A stretch of 64,000 nt of DNA from Laetmonice hystrix (Eukaryota). Shown here in pieces: positions 13,101-28,250 of this stretch. Made by a program: the position numbers and the translations under genes. Every line of letters starts with the position of its first letter. Within the stretch, counting starts at the first letter, position 1. The stretch lies in assembly GCA_965235115.1 (NCBI GenBank), contig OZ249445.1:2604001-2668000 (forward strand), given 5' to 3'. Below the pieces are notes generated by a model. That model did not search any database, was not told the origin of the DNA, and saw only the letters and a program-made list of their open reading frames with translations.

Positions 13101-14493
13101 GAAAGAGATGAGGAGGAGGTAACCCAGATCCTCCAGTTGATGGGTCCCTTCTAAAAGAGGTCATCGACCGAGAAATCATTTACATCTGGCGTCCTCCATC
13201 TTTACCTGAAGTCTGTTTTGGGTTAAAGAGTGTGGAAGACGAGGACGTACTCCTTTCATTACAGGACGCACAATCTATTGATTATATCCTTGAAGCCCAG
13301 AAACTTTCATCAAATGCACAGTATTGGCAGAAGATCAAATTACCCTAATTCTGAGAGTGCCCCACACAATATTTCAAATTCATTTACTGCGTTTTTTTAT
13401 GCTTTCAATTCGGTTGTAATTGCTGAGGAGGGGTTCACGAATCAAGGTTATAACAGACATTTACTGCCTCTTGCCTCCGTAATATCGTTCTCACCAACCA
13501 TCTAATGACTGATGATCAAATATTCTCGCAACACCCATGAATTTTTATGACTTCTAAACGTTGACGTCAACCACCTTTAGTCTCATGCTTGTCGTGTACA
13601 CTAAATTAAACAAGGAACTCTATAAGTATTTCTATGGGAGGATATCGACAGGTGAATAGAGAAATGAGGCTGTATGAGTGGTCATTTCATTTAGGAGTCT
13701 TCAAGTTTTGAATCCTGTTCACATCAATCTCATTGAGAAATACATATTGTCACATCGAGAAATAAACAGTGGTTCTCCCACAGAAATAAACAGTGGGGGC
13801 ACTGGCTGTGTTCCATGCAAAGAAAACATAATTATCCTGGAAGTCGGGCCTTATATGACACTAGTTTCTCTATAGAATATTCTTGTATTACTTCATTCAC
13901 TTCACTGTGTCTGACCGGCTACCTGTCAGTGCAGGAAGGCTATTGTTAAGGTACCAGACTCCCATTTATACCGTGGGTACAAAAACGGCGCTCAAGACCA
14001 GAGCTAGGAGGGCCTTGGCAGCCTGACAGGGAGAAGTGTGTAGGGGGTGCGACTTGAGATATAAAAAGATATCGATCAGCTGTTTACACCACTCAAACCA
14101 GAAAATATCCATGGCCAATTCGGGAGCCGTCTGAGTTATTTTTATCCCACCAAACCGGCCCGATCCCTTACCAACATTACACTGGCCAGTCCAGCCAATG
14201 CTGATCCGTCCATGTTCCTACTCTATTCATACTAGCTGCACTTCTTGACGGGCACTCATCCGTCTAACCAGACTGGGAAGCCAATATTGTTCCTTTCTAC
14301 GGATTTTCTTCTTTTTTTTTTAATTTACCAAATAACTATGTTGTGTGTGAACTGGGACCTAGAAGCACAACAGCAACTAGCAATGGTACGATAAGCCCAA
14401 GAGATGTAATATTGGACAAACAAATGAATCTCTTTGTTTATAAAAAAAAATAACCTAGGAGCTGAAATATATAGTGCATCACATCCGCGTTAA

Positions 14494-15021
14494 AGGGGCA
14501 TGCTATGGAACACGTTTTTTTAGATTTCCGGCAATTATCCAACATGACCGTGTACTAGGGATCCAAGTAAATAATCCTACCACAGCATTTTGTCCTCCGA
14601 CGTGTTTTCGCTGCGTAAGCAGCACAAGTAGGTTCTATACGACCAAACCTATAGATTTCTCCCGATAGCGCATCACCCGCCATAATTTGGCGGACAACCT
14701 CCCATCAACCCGTGTAATTGCATACTGTGTCACATCCTGTGTGTGCACTCTCTGCATGTGCTTAGTCACGTGCTTTGCTTAGTTGTAAACAATTCAGCAG
14801 TGGCACTCGATCGCCCGGCATCAGAATGCCACCCAAAAAATATTTTACGAAATCGGCAGAGAAGCGGGCAAGGGAGCTTAATAAACTTCGATTTCTCACG
14901 TAAAATGAAACTGATAAGTCTGTCTTTGTTTACCAAGCAATATTAATGAAGGATCTCTTAATGAAAACAGCACAAGTTCTATGAAATACCGATTTTTCAC
15001 GTTTCCTCATAATATGCCCCT
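14494..15021. mobile_element. Non-autonomous Kolobok-type transposon, second family
   Basis: TTAA|AGGGGCATGCTATG...CATAATATGCCCCT|TTAA; imperfect TIRs, TTAA at both ends, no ORF. Confidence 0.75.
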
Positions 15022-16893
15022 TTAACTGAGAAATATTTCAACATTATGCATCAGTTCAGCCTTCAATATGAAGGGCATACCGTCTTACTATATAGTATAA
15101 GCTGTGAACTCTTCCAGGTTAACTTTTTGCTCCATTATAATAGCTTTCCGCTGGGTGTGAAAATCGCCTAAGGCTACTTTTTCTTTCTTTCTCTGTCCTT
15201 TCTGTAGACAGGGTCGTTCCCTGGCGTGGTACAAGCGCCTTCTGTGACCGGGCGCGCTGACTTCCATGCCCAACACGAAACTTTCAGCATCACTTAACTG
15301 TCTTTGTGAGCTCACACGCGATCTGGTGAGTGGGTGTTTTAAAATGTTGCTGGCCCAACATGGCCGTGTTTCAATCAGTCTCACCCGGCTCTAACAGGTC
15401 AGGTTGAGCGGCGTCACTTGGTATCAGGCGACTGGTAATGGGAGAACCTTCCTTTCTATATCAAACGACAATCGTATTCTACCACTTTTCAATGCACATT
15501 TACCACTATCTTATTATGCTTTATCAGCAATACAAGATTTCTGAACGCCAATTTTCTTCCTATTCTATGGGGATATATTTCATTTTCCATGTTATCTTGT
15601 CAACCAAATTTGGGTGTATTGGAAGGTCGTTACTGCAACGAGATAATTTTTTTTTAACTTTCAAGTTATTCGCCAACCGTGGGTCGATTTATTATTTCTC
15701 TCCTTCTCTCTATGACATCAAAAATCTCTTAATTTTCACTCAAATATAAGCTTGAACCGCTCCACTTTTTTGGTTGGACTGCAGACATTCTGCCCGGAGA
15801 ATCAGAATACGGTAATCGAAACAATATCAGTTCTGTTCGAAACACAATCACTTTTCCAATCGGTATTCATTTCTATACATACCACACAAAGGTCACATGA
15901 AGTGTTAAATTAGTATAGTACTATCTAAATGGATAGAGTCTTAATTAAATGCATATTTATCACAGTGCAAAATGCAGCTTCTCCATTTGACACAAAGGGC
16001 AGGTTTACACTGAGGATCAGTAATACACGGGTCAGTGGTGGTGAGCTTTCTGTGAACATGCCAGCTCACCACCACTGGCCCAGGTATTACCCGGGGGAAA
16101 TCCTCAGTGTGAACCTGCCCCTAGTCTCCTTGAGATTTCCAGCTACTGACTGAGATGAGTCCCTTTACTTCATGACTCATTCGGTCTGGGCCTCACTAGG
16201 TCACTGAGCTGCCAAGGACAAAAAAGTAACTGTGACTTCCGACTTGTATATGTACACACAGATGTAATTTTTGTTGTTGCAGAGGTGTCGGGCAAAGTGT
16301 GGGAAATTACTGTGCTATTACCGGTACATGTACTCTCATTACATACATGTATAGGTCTAACAACTTTTGCCATTGGGCCGGCTCAGAAGTTTTCAATGAA
16401 AAACAACACTAGGCGACCACATCCATACAAAATGGCACGATTACACTGCCAATCAAAGCGGCAATTGACCAATTTCATTTGCCATAGTCATCTGTCTTCC
16501 AAGTTGATTCCCAGTGCCGTTGCCTAAACTACGTCTGTATCTGCTCTGTTCAAACAGTCCCTGGGCCTGGATCGATCCATCCTACCAACACCCTGGGCAC
16601 GGAGAGGTCCCATACGTTGTCAGGATCTCCAGTACCTGTACCATCTCATGGGTGACGGATAGGTCACACCTTGTGAAGGATGCCTTTACAACTCCTGCAC
16701 CAAGCCAATCAATTTTAAAGACAGCTTCTTTTTCTGATAAAAAGGTATATATACACAGTGGCTTGGGACCAGAAACCACTTTTCTCCCTATGTGTCCAAG
16801 TACCTAATGAAACGGCTAACACCTGCATAGTCCTCTTTCTGTACACAGTATCAAATGCACATCTGTTACGGTGTGACCTTAACACACCAGGGT

Positions 16894-16972
16894 CAGTTGC
16901 ATGGCTGTCCGTTCGTTAATTTCCCCATGTATTTTCAATGCGAATTTTAACGAACGGACAGTCATGCAACTG
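16894..16972. repeat. Hairpin / mini inverted-repeat element
   Basis: CAGTTGCATGGCTGTCCGTTCGTTAA pairs with TTAACGAACGGACAGTCATGCAACTG (one mismatch). Confidence 0.65.
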
Positions 16973-16976
16973 CCCC

Positions 16977-17190
16977 GGTCCAGTTCCTACAAACTTAAGA
17001 TATCTTGCTTTTAACGCTTCTGATTGGCAGGTCTCCTTAAAAGACCAGCCAATCAGAAAGATTAAGATCTTAAGTTAAGCTCTGCTTAGGGCCTCTCATT
17101 GGCTGGTTGAAGCTGAGCAGCAGAGGACCAGCCAATCAGAGGTCCTAAGTAAAGATCAAGTTAAGATACTAACCTTTCTGAAACCGGGCC
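16977..17190. mobile_element. Diverged copy of the 4465-4600 fold-back MITE family
   Basis: Shares CCAGTT..AAACTTAAGAT..CTTGCTT..TAACGCTTCTGATTGGC and CAGCCAATCAGA, and ends in GGGCC. Confidence 0.55.
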
Positions 17191-20100
17191 CTGGGCCCTG
17201 GGCCCTATACTGAACAGCTCTCAAGAAGGGTTCTAATCCACGGGGAAATCTCATGTTAGCGAGGCAAAATCAATACAACAGGACACTGCCTTTCACGGCG
17301 CTAGGCGTTTACACCGTTCCGATGATTTTTAAAGAGAGACTTTTTTTGTCCTGGCAGTCTGAAAGCGTCATACATCAGTGGAATATCACACCAGACGATC
17401 CTGCTGCCTGCTGTGCTTATGATACCAGTAGTTATGTGAAAATAGCTGCCAGGACAAAGTGAACATCAAACGATATGGAGAACAAATATGGGCTGAGTAT
17501 TGGCGTTGACATTGCGACGATCAAAGGACGTGTCTAAATGTGACCAATGAAGCCCAAACGAGGGAGGAAGACGGCGTATTGATGTCATTATGAACTGCCA
17601 GTCAGGGATATTGTCACCATACAATTTACACCATACAAATATTGCACGTTTCGATGTCCACTTCAGCACAGAGAACACCTCACAAAGGTTTCTCACTAAC
17701 ATTTGCTTCATTTCGTCGACAACAACCCATGAAACACTTGTGGCTCAAAAAGACAACATTTAATGACTGCATAAGGACGCTGCCTCCAAGGCATCCCCTG
17801 AAAGCAGTTGCTAATTCTGACCTGGTTGTATTTAATACCGCTCATTATGCAATCTTACACGGAGCCATATTATCCCTCTAGGGCCAAAGTCACCTTGTCA
17901 TTGCCATGGTTCTGCTCCTCTTTGTGATTCCCGCAGATTTAAGTTCTCTGTGAAAATATCACTCCGAGAAATGAAATCACACATGTAGGGACATTGAATA
18001 TCTCCCAAGCCTCCTGCTGCTAGACAAACAGAATACACAGAACCTAGGGGACTTTGAAACCAACAGAGCCGGGGCAGTAAATTCACCTTGAAGACACTCC
18101 GAGCAGTTCCCATTTTATATATGACTGCACAATCACAGAGGGCCCTTAATCGGTGCGATGGTCTGGCGGCAATATAAGCGGTGTTTGTTTAACATGGATA
18201 GAGCCAGAGGCGGATCAGTTAATATGGAAGAAATTGGTGAGAGGTTACGACCACAGCACACCATGAGGGCATTATGGGATGCTGCTGGTACCACGTGACA
18301 CACCGAGTGACATTTGTGACGTGACAAAAAGACATCAGTGACAGTTATCTCATTCTGAGCGGCTCCTCCACGTCATGTAACAACCACGTGTCTTCTTATC
18401 TTGTTCGCAAAAACCATTCAAATACCACTTTCACGCCAATCTTCACTGCAGTCCATGCTACAAATTCCCACGTTCTGATTTTAGACATGATTATTGCTTG
18501 AAGACGTTTCTGCCTAATAGGGCCTCCTTAGTTTTATTCTGGGTAAGTAACTGGACCTCAGGCAGCACAACGTTGCTCAATCACGTATTGATAAAGGTAA
18601 CTGCGTTTCGCAGTACATGTCATCTCATAAATTAATGTCCCAAACTCGGGCATTAAATAAAGAGGTTAATTAATGCAAATGCTAGCACTTAAAGGGCCGA
18701 CTGAGTAACTTATGCAAATTCTAATGGTAGTTCTTACATAACCGTGCAGCAACACACCTGAATACAGCAAGGTATTTTCAGAAGGAGAATTCCTGCCTTA
18801 ATTTAAACACCAGTGAAGCGCAGTGCAACGCTTGCAGCTGAAGACCACCCTCTCCAGCCTTGAGGTCTGTTCACACCAGGTCACAAGTCCACGTGCACTG
18901 TTATATATTCGATTGGGGCTACGATCATGAGCTTTCACCTACTATGTACTTTTAGTGTAAAGATGCTGCATATGGCAACTGCGCTTCAAGCCTGTTCCAT
19001 CTGGTGCATGTCCGCCATTGCCTGGCGGCATCTGTCAGCACATCTCACCACTTAGAGCCTCATCCACAAACGTTGCCGACTCGCGCAGATAAGAGAAGTC
19101 GCCGGCTACTGACAGCGCCATATGGCGGAGACTTGTGGAAACTTTAGAACTTGTACTGTGGTGACGTTACAAACAACAAACGGCTGGCTATGGGTGTTAA
19201 TGTCACTGACTGGGGTACATTCACTTGATGTATATACAACCAGGTAGTCACGTTCAATTACCAATGAGTCGCACTTTATGTTGGGTCTGTTTCACACAGC
19301 TCTACCTGGTGGTGACTTTACGGATCACACAGCATGTTCTCAATGTTATAACCATTCCTCAAGGCCATTCTACTCGATACCTGGTACATGTTACATTGGT
19401 ACATTCTGAGCTATGACTCAGGTGGACAACCAAGTACCCCTGGCATTCTCTGGCCCCTTCAAGATCCTCGCTGTCTGAAACCCGCGCCCCCCAAACCCTG
19501 CCCCGCTTTCATGTAATGCTCTCCGAGGTCAAGGGAGTATATATTTCAGGACTTCCAGTCCCTACGTCGATTCCAGAATCAAGTGTAAAGCAAAGTGTCC
19601 TCTTTATTCCACCCAGTCTGAGCGTCAGAAAGCGGTGCGACAGTTGGCCAGGTATGATATCCCGTGCCTACAGGCCAAGACTGATGACTCTATGGTCGGT
19701 CAGGTGATAGAGGCGAGCTGTAACCATGGAGATTGCCACCTTCTCCTGCCAACAACTCTCTGATACATCTCCCATTGGACCCACAGAAACGCCATATTTT
19801 GCTGATGATGAATTATTCCAGACACACCCAGAGGGTGACTGGGATGTTGTGTTCTCACGGCGTTGTCAGAACCCTGTTCAGACCAGTCACTTGCTCCTGG
19901 CCAGCTGCCACCGTGCTGTCCACTCTGCCCAGATGACCACAGGGCATGCTCCTGTCCACTGCCCTTGACCGGTCATCATGAAGCCAGCGCCGGGCGGCGT
20001 GATAAGCGGTGGGGGCCCCCAGAGGAGGCCCCCAGACTGCCCAGCGCCTCTGGACGTCTGGCCCGCCACTTATCGGGGGCGTGCAGCACCTCCTGGCCGC

Positions 20101-23100
20101 CCAAACACAACTCACCACACCCCTCCAGGGGGCACCAGAGTCATCTCCCCCTTTTTCTATCATGAAGCACCAACTCAGAAACCAGACAATACAAATAACG
20201 CAATTGTCCACGGTATTGTCCGTCCGTCAGACCAGACGGACAACAACCCTTGATATTTCAATGTTGATGAGAATTACTTTGCCGCCCAGTGAGTCACAGT
20301 GTCACTTTTTGTTAAAGTCAGCATCCGGCAAGGGTTTTCCAGCTCAAAATCTGGTCCACCTGAGCGACCCGATTACAGTGGATTGTGATTCTGACTGGGT
20401 TGACAAGTTGACATTGATGAATGCTGACCTGAAGCTGGGGATGTGTTTACCGCCGACATAGATCTGTTGAATTATCACCTGTCAACTCCCAGACGATCTC
20501 ATTGTGATTGGCTCTGTGCCCTGCATACTCAAACCATGAGGAAATGGCTGAGGCCTTATAAAACTTCAGGTCCGTCACACGAATGGTGCTGAAAACGTCC
20601 CGTGTAAACACAGAATCCAGGGGCTTAAGGGGGTTTAACACCCTCACCCCTGGCAACCAATTTTTCTATTTTCTTCATAGAATTTTCTTAATTGACCCTG
20701 CTGAACCTCTTAACAAAATTCCCCTTCTTAGTACCCCCCTCCCCCCTCCCCGCCTTATGAAATCCTGGATTTCTCCCTGATAACATAAGATATACGTACC
20801 TTTATAGGTGCACATTGGCAGCAGAAGGTCCTCAGTCCACTTGAACTTCCAGGCTGAAACGAAGAAAAGTTCAATGGTTACTACAGGTTTGACCGTCCTT
20901 TCCAATGCCTAGAGTTATAAAACAAACAACAAAATGCCGTCCGTTGAACGCATCACATAAACGTTACAGATGAAATCAGTTCACTACTGACAATCACAAA
21001 CAACTGAAGAAGTAGGACTCACTTTCAAAAGTAAATTACAGCATGAGTTAACAGGTAGTTACGATGTAGACATGCATGCTGGGGTACCATTAAGTTATGT
21101 AATTGCCCCTAATTTCACGGTAATTCATATGTAGGTTACATGTTTTACATCGTTGGTAAAGTATACTATTATGGTGTAGAATGATTTGTGACTTCCATGC
21201 AAGAAGCACAGGGATGAGCTAACACGACGTGCTGGGCTTTGATTATGCAAATTAACTTGAAACATTTCATATTTCAGTTACTAGCATCGCCCTACAATAA
21301 CAGGCGATACGTAATCGGAAACAAAAGGTCCAGAAATAAGACTTTGAAGTTCAGCTGTGGCCAAAGGGAGATAAATATCATCTAAGCCATGTAAACATGA
21401 AGTGGAGCAGAATGAGGCCATCAATCAGAGTCAGTCAGGAATGCCTTAATTATTCCTAATCACTCTCACTATAATTGATCGTAATTTCCAGATACATTAA
21501 AGATGTAACCAGACAAGCCGTTATTAAACCACATGAATTCCACAGCAGCCGAAGTCTTCCCTGGCTCAGTGGGGACAATTTCCCTGAACTGTTACCAATG
21601 AATGAACAAAGGCGCACATCTCTCACATATCTTACGGTTAATTTGGCAATTAGCTACAACCGCTACGTCCAATCAGATCAGACTGTCTAATCTAAATGTT
21701 AATTCCACCTTCTCTGTGAACTGTCGACCTACATGTACCATTTTTCATCTTTCCCTTTTCCTTTCCTGTGTCTAAGGAGGGATTTTTTGTACAAGAGCAA
21801 ACATTTAAAACAGAAGACAATGCCTGAGTGACGATATTGGTTTTTGAAGGCCGTGTGTGGTCTGTATTTATTAGATTCAGTGTGTCTGCACGTCCATGGT
21901 GTGTATAGGGAGTTCTAAAGGAGCACGGCGCCCGCTTGAATGGAGCTCACCGCTCCATGCCCCACTGACTGCGTGGAATGGGGCCGTGGCCTCCAGACAC
22001 CCGCCCCTACCCCATCCTATACACAAACCTCACGCATTTCTTTACCTCATAAGTTCAGACACTGGACCCCTGGGGTCAATTCATCATGGCCTCTGGGGTA
22101 GGGAGTGGAGGAGGCTAATAATTCTGATAGCGGCAATCATCAACTAAAGGAAAAATTACTGAGACACATATGTTTAGGATTTCCAAATAACGCCATATAA
22201 GGTCAGATTGAGCCGGCAATAGCTGGGCCCCATTCACTCACACGCACATAACATCAATGACTGTGACGACAAATGTAATTCCTAGCACTCAACCAATTTC
22301 AGTGTCGCCAGTTTCTACAGGAAAATCTAACGAGGTGCAATGTTTTTTCGCGACATTAAATGAGACGCTCACATATTCTGTGCATTCTCAGATTCATCTT
22401 AGATCTGAGAGACTTGAACTTCTAAAATATTTTACTTCTTGGCTAGGTCTTTCAATTACAGGTATGAGGCTTATTGCAGGTTGACTTAAAAAAATGGTCT
22501 TATTCTGGTTATTGATGGGCCTTTAATTTTATACCTTTTTTGAGGGCGTGCAGGTTCTCATATCTTGGCCCTATGCCTATGCAATAAGGACCCATAATGC
22601 CCCTCCTTGCCATACCGTGGCGCCATGTCAAAGTTCAACATGTGGTGTGAGTAGAGAATCCGTCATGGTTGTCCTAAATGTCACTTAGAGTACTGAAGTT
22701 CAAGATCGTAATTTAGACATGCGATCACGAAGGAAACACACTGATATTAAAACCTCTATTAGAGGCTCATCATCATCCACGTGTTTACCTAACGTCGGCT
22801 GGGGATTCAGACCAGTGTAGATAATCTAACTGGATCGGACGATCCTGCTACCGTTCGCTGGCCTGCCTCACCCGCCTGTTTATCGTGTCTACTGAAACCT
22901 TGAGCAGTGCCACCTGCTTCAGTCTGGCTTCAAAGGACCTCAAATTAACCCTGATGAAGGCGAGGCCTCTGGGGCCAGCTCTTCAATTAGTGAACTGACT
23001 CCTAACCAGGAGTCTAAGCTTCCTCAATCCTCTACTCCCAGTGGCCTCCTCGTTCATACATGATCTACGCCTTGAAGACTTGCCCTTCGGTTTCTGACCT

Positions 23101-25995
23101 AGCATTTATCAGGCGGTCTGTTGGCCAGCCTGTTACCCGGAACGTCGTTATATTTTTACATAAGAAAAACATCAATTTATCTTTACTTCTCTTACCTAAC
23201 AGAGAAATATAAAATATGTAAATTCTGTGCTGGTTTCCAATTACGAGCCTGTCATTTCCATGCCAACTGCTGCTATTACCTCACAGCAATTATGCTGCGC
23301 TAATCCTGCTTTTTATATGCATGGTCGTGAACTGGTATGGCCAACATAAAAAAAAATAGAGAGATGCCATCCTCAGATAGCCTGGACAGATATATCTACA
23401 TGAATCGAACCTGATAAAATATGATCAACTGAACTAGTTTGGTTCCAGTGCAGCCAGGCTTGTCTCCCTGTGAACCGCTTTAACCTGTCCAGTCAAGACT
23501 CCCGGTGATGGCAGACAGGGGACCGTGTAGCCATGTCCTATCTTTGTGTTAGGTTTTTCCCATGACAGTCCCAGCTCCTGCCTACTCCCCACAGACACCA
23601 ACCAGACATGGACATCACTAACACTGAGCCAGCAGTCACGGCATTCAGACACTGCTTGCAAATTGGAATTGGCCCACTGCTTATGAATCAGTTATTGGAC
23701 ATCAGATTGACATGGTCGTGACCCCTCACCTCTGGGACCAGAACCCACCCCAAAATGGCCTAATGGATAATAAACCTACAAAGTGGACAATTTCCATCAT
23801 CATACTAGCTGTCATGAATGGCAGGCCCTCAGCATGGTGTGTCATATTCTGGTTAGTGAAACGTTCTGTGATATCGCTATTTGTGACCACACATGATGGT
23901 TGCAGTACTGGACCTAAGCCCAGATCCACCAGACCCAATGGAATACTACTTCTTGTGATGAGCCCTGAATGTTTTTGCATACTGTATTGCAGGCTAGTCG
24001 GACTTCCGGCTAAATTTTTGAGAAAACAAAATCCGACTTCGGTAGAAAACTATTGGCATGACATCTGCCACCTAACGTCCTAAGTACATGCTGACATACC
24101 TGTGGTCCAGACATACGTATCCTTGCCAATGTACCTGTCATGACAGCCAAGTCTCCTCAAATATCCGTGAAGAGAAAGAAAAAGCGTCTGACCTTCAAAG
24201 TAGCACGATCAAACTGGTTGCATTTCAAAGCAAATATCTATACGTCTCCCGGTTCACATGACAATAGTAGTACAGACGGTAGGGAGTACTACTGCTACTA
24301 CTGCCACGACTTCTGCTCTAGTTGTTAGCCGTGAGCAGACTCCCTGATGTGCCTCAGGTCTACATTCATGAGGTCACGAGGCCTTATAATTAATCACATC
24401 CCCCAGCTTCACTCTTGGTGTAACGTTCCTCTTCCTTCATGTATAATATTCTGAGTTCCTGATTGATATCACTGTGAGGGCCAATGACTTCTGAAGTTCA
24501 ATTAAAGCCGCAAGGTTGGAACCCACTTTTTCACCTCTTGCCTAACCATTTCTTTAGCTACCCTTCTCCCCCTCCCCTGAACTAAAAAGAGAAAAGGTCA
24601 TGACCTTGAGGGCCCTACCCCCAGCCCACACCCGTGATCTTCCCCCTACAAAACATTATTTATTCTCTCCCCACACATAAAGGAGACCCCAATATGTCAA
24701 TTCAACCCCTTCCTTTGACTTCAAATTTTATGCCTGAATGTTACCAATGAAAGTACATAACAATAGCTAAAACATATACGCCTATTCACATCCGTTATGC
24801 ACGTGGATGAGCCACAAATCCTCCAATTGTCGGTGACGGTCCACCTGCGAGGTTGGTGACAACCACCTGCGAGGCGGTAATATAATCCGGGTCCAGCTTG
24901 TCACACAAACACAGATACGGGGTAGAAGAAAAAAAGGCCGATATTTCAGACAAGAGCCGTGCACCAGTTGCAGTCTGATGCATACAGTATATATGTACAG
25001 TCCCTGTCAGGCAAGTCCCAAGTGTACCCTCTGTAAACAGAGGAACATAAAAGGATATGATGTAGCCGGCCTTTTATGTGAGCACATTAGGGAAAGCCAT
25101 CAGTGTTACTCACCGCCGACTGGACCACATCAATGTCACTTTTCACATCACGGTAACATATCCCCGGTACCTTCTCCACACACCTTCAGGAATGACGCTA
25201 CATATAACATCTTGTTCACCCCGCTACGTTATTTCTCCCATGTAACATTCCAACGAAATTTGGGCACGGATTATAGGTTAACTGATTTGGGGAATATGGG
25301 TAGGGACAGAAGTCTTGGGTCTGGGGCTGGGAGTGTTGGGAAATAGATTTTGGGCTAGCAATATTAGTCATCAATGTAGTTTTTACCCCCAAATTTCAAT
25401 GCCGATATTACCAGATGGGATAGACACTCCTGCACCTTCCCCATCCAACATCCACTGTCCCCAGCACAAAGGTCTGGCACAGCTACCATCAGGAACCAAG
25501 AGCTGTCCCCATGTTCTTGCAAGCTTCCTGTCTAACCATATTATTAGCCCTCTACTGTCTGGACCTGCTGTAAAACAATCGTTGTTTCTGTGTCACAAGT
25601 CTGGAGGAGTCAAGGGTTATGTGGACTATCGTCCCCACATGCTGGTTGGTGTGTGGAGGTTGGATTCCGTGCAGCCATCAGTGTAGTCCTCAAGGCTTGG
25701 CCTTGTGTCGGCGATAACAAGACGGTAATCATTTTAAGGTGGAGGCTGACCGCTCGTCCTGACTGCACTACACGATGAATCTGCCAGGACTTCTAAACAA
25801 TTACTCCGGCTGGCTCTGCTGCTGCTCCGCTAAACAGGTCTACACCATAATCAGCAATGCTTTTTGCTGGAGAAAGTACGTGTACTACTTATGCCGTCAA
25901 CTGCCTACTGATGTCTGGGAAGGATTCATAAAATTTTCAACCAACACTTAAATAAAAAATCCTGTTTCTATTAGGACAGCACGCTAAGTAGGGTC

Positions 25996-26103
25996 GATAA
26001 AACAGCTGCTGTAGATAAAACAGCAGCTGTAGATAAAACAGCAGCTGTAGATAAAACAGCTGCTGTAGATAAAACAGCTGCTGTAGATAAAACAGCAGCT
26101 GTA
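25996..26103. repeat. Minisatellite, 6 x 18 bp (GATAAAACAGCWGCTGTA)
   Basis: Six contiguous units differing only at one A/T position. Confidence 0.9.
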
Positions 26104-28160
26104 GATCGTCTCCTGCGCCGACATAAGCCGCGCTCTTGCACCATGATCTCTTAATTCAACAGATTTAAGTGCGAGTTAATGTTGATCCTGACTATTGTGA
26201 CCCTGTACACACTGCAAAGTAGACCTAGGGCTACACCATTTATCCTTAACCATTAGTAATACTTTCTAAACACTGGAAGTTTATGATCTCCCAATTCCAA
26301 AATGCATTATCATTCTGGAAAGCCCACACCCTGATACCTCATTTTAACTTTATCAGGCAACCTAAGCGAATGAGGTTGACTTCAGCGGGTCTCTACCAAT
26401 GTGCCTGACCCCGTGACCTTAAATCTCACTTCTCACCTGGTAAATGACACAAGGTCACTTGTCCTCAGTGACCTTCAGTAGGAATTCCACTACCTGGTAA
26501 ACACAAAGACCACACCTGTAGATGTCCGTGGGTCATTGTCACACATAACGGTTAGCGCCTGTAGGGAGTCGGAACTTACCACCTCCAAGTCCAACGTGTG
26601 GTCAACGTTGTGATAGACCAGGGCCTGGTGTTTTAGTTGACCTTTGAGTTGAAATATTTACGGCTCAAGCTCATGAGCCGTAAGCCCTTCAAGCCTACAG
26701 ATGGCTTATGAGATTGAACAAAAAAACGGGCCCTGGAGCGCTACCTCCTATTTCACTGAGTTTTAGTTCTTGGCTTGACCTACAGCTGGATGATGAGACA
26801 GGGTTATATGACAATCTCTGCACTGATTCAACACACACCTGGGTATGTTCTGAACCGTAACGCCCCGATACAGAGGACAGACCACGGCGGTAGTAGGAGT
26901 ATCCCAGGACCCCAAGGAGGACGGTACTCTGTGTGGGTGTTAAATGATTCAGAGGTCCTACTGATTATATCCTTCAAACCTGAAGGGCAAAGCAATTAAA
27001 GAAGCTTCCTGGCAGCTCCCTTCCGAGTAATGTTGTTTGACCTTCCGTCCAAACTAAATTTTATACAAATTAAAAAAAACGCCTTACTGTCCTGGAAGAT
27101 CAAAACGATCAAATCTATTTCTCGTATTGTCAAATCTACTGACAAAATTGTTTTTTTAGATTTTTGTTTAATCTTCTCACCTTCCATGTGGTCGTTGTAA
27201 TCAGTCTACGGCCAGCTTCCAGACTTTAATATCACTGTCGGACGTCCAGGTAAGGCAGAGAGTATACCTGGCAGTTTTATGGCGTATAATAGAAGGCATC
27301 TCCACTGCCAGGAAATACTCCCCATGTGTCTGCGCGATATACACTTGGCACAACATCCTCCCGGGTATACGGAGTCGTCTGGCTCGGGACTCTGGTCGGA
27401 CCGGCATGACAGACAGATAGACCAAGCGTTCCTGTCTCGTCATTCAGTGATATATAGACAGACTGGAAGCCGCCACACGTGGCTGAGCTCTCTGAAGAGT
27501 CATATTCATTACAGATACTGGCACGCATATATATGTTCTCTGTATATACACCAGTCAACATATATATTTAATTATTCTCCTATATAACGTTGTCCTGGCT
27601 AACTGTTCCCTGCTCATAAAAAAACAGTTCACTCTTTATCGATGTTTCTCAGGTTAATTAAGATCGTGACTTCTCGACTTTTATTTACCCGTATGTAGAA
27701 CAGGGCTGGAAAATGTAAGAATATTACGTATCACTAAGAATCATTCTTCAAATCTTCCGGATTCCCGTTAAATCCCATTAGCTTAAAAAAAGCTGATCTT
27801 TTAGGATCAAAAGAACGAAATGGCATTTTTAAAAACTTTTCTATGCCCCATGTTGAAAAGACTGCGTGGTGTTGACTTGGTCTATGACATTTCGAAGTTA
27901 CACCCTGATCATGTATCATGCATCGGTCTGCATGTAACTCTACCATGCACCGGTATATGTATATCAAATTAACAGAACGACATATCGGCATGCTATCATA
28001 TATCTCCTCCTTATACAAACACGCACAGCTCAAACACCAATGCCTGGTGTTTGACCAACTGTGTTTTAAACTGTTCACTATCCCGACATTACACGATCTG
28101 TCATCACTGATCAATCAAAAACGTTCAGTACCCCCCCCCCCTCCCACACCACCACCACCA

Positions 28161-28250
28161 GTTCGAGTCCCACCTCCATGGTCATAGACATTACTGGACT
28201 GGACTGGACTTCTATCGTTCTCTTCTCGTGTCAATATACCACAGCGTTTA
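28161..28250 (+). mobile_element. Possible 5'-truncated tRNA-derived SINE fragment
   Basis: Pol III B-box-like GTTCGAGTCCC at 28161-28171; no A box or cloverleaf, followed by (ACTGG)n. Confidence 0.25.

Noticed and set aside
12692-13179. ER/LS-repeat ORFs
   Set aside because: Artefacts of the (GA)n microsatellite read through an N gap.
25996-26103. Short regular repeat resembling a CRISPR array
   Set aside because: Units are contiguous with no unique spacers, and the context is eukaryotic with no cas genes.
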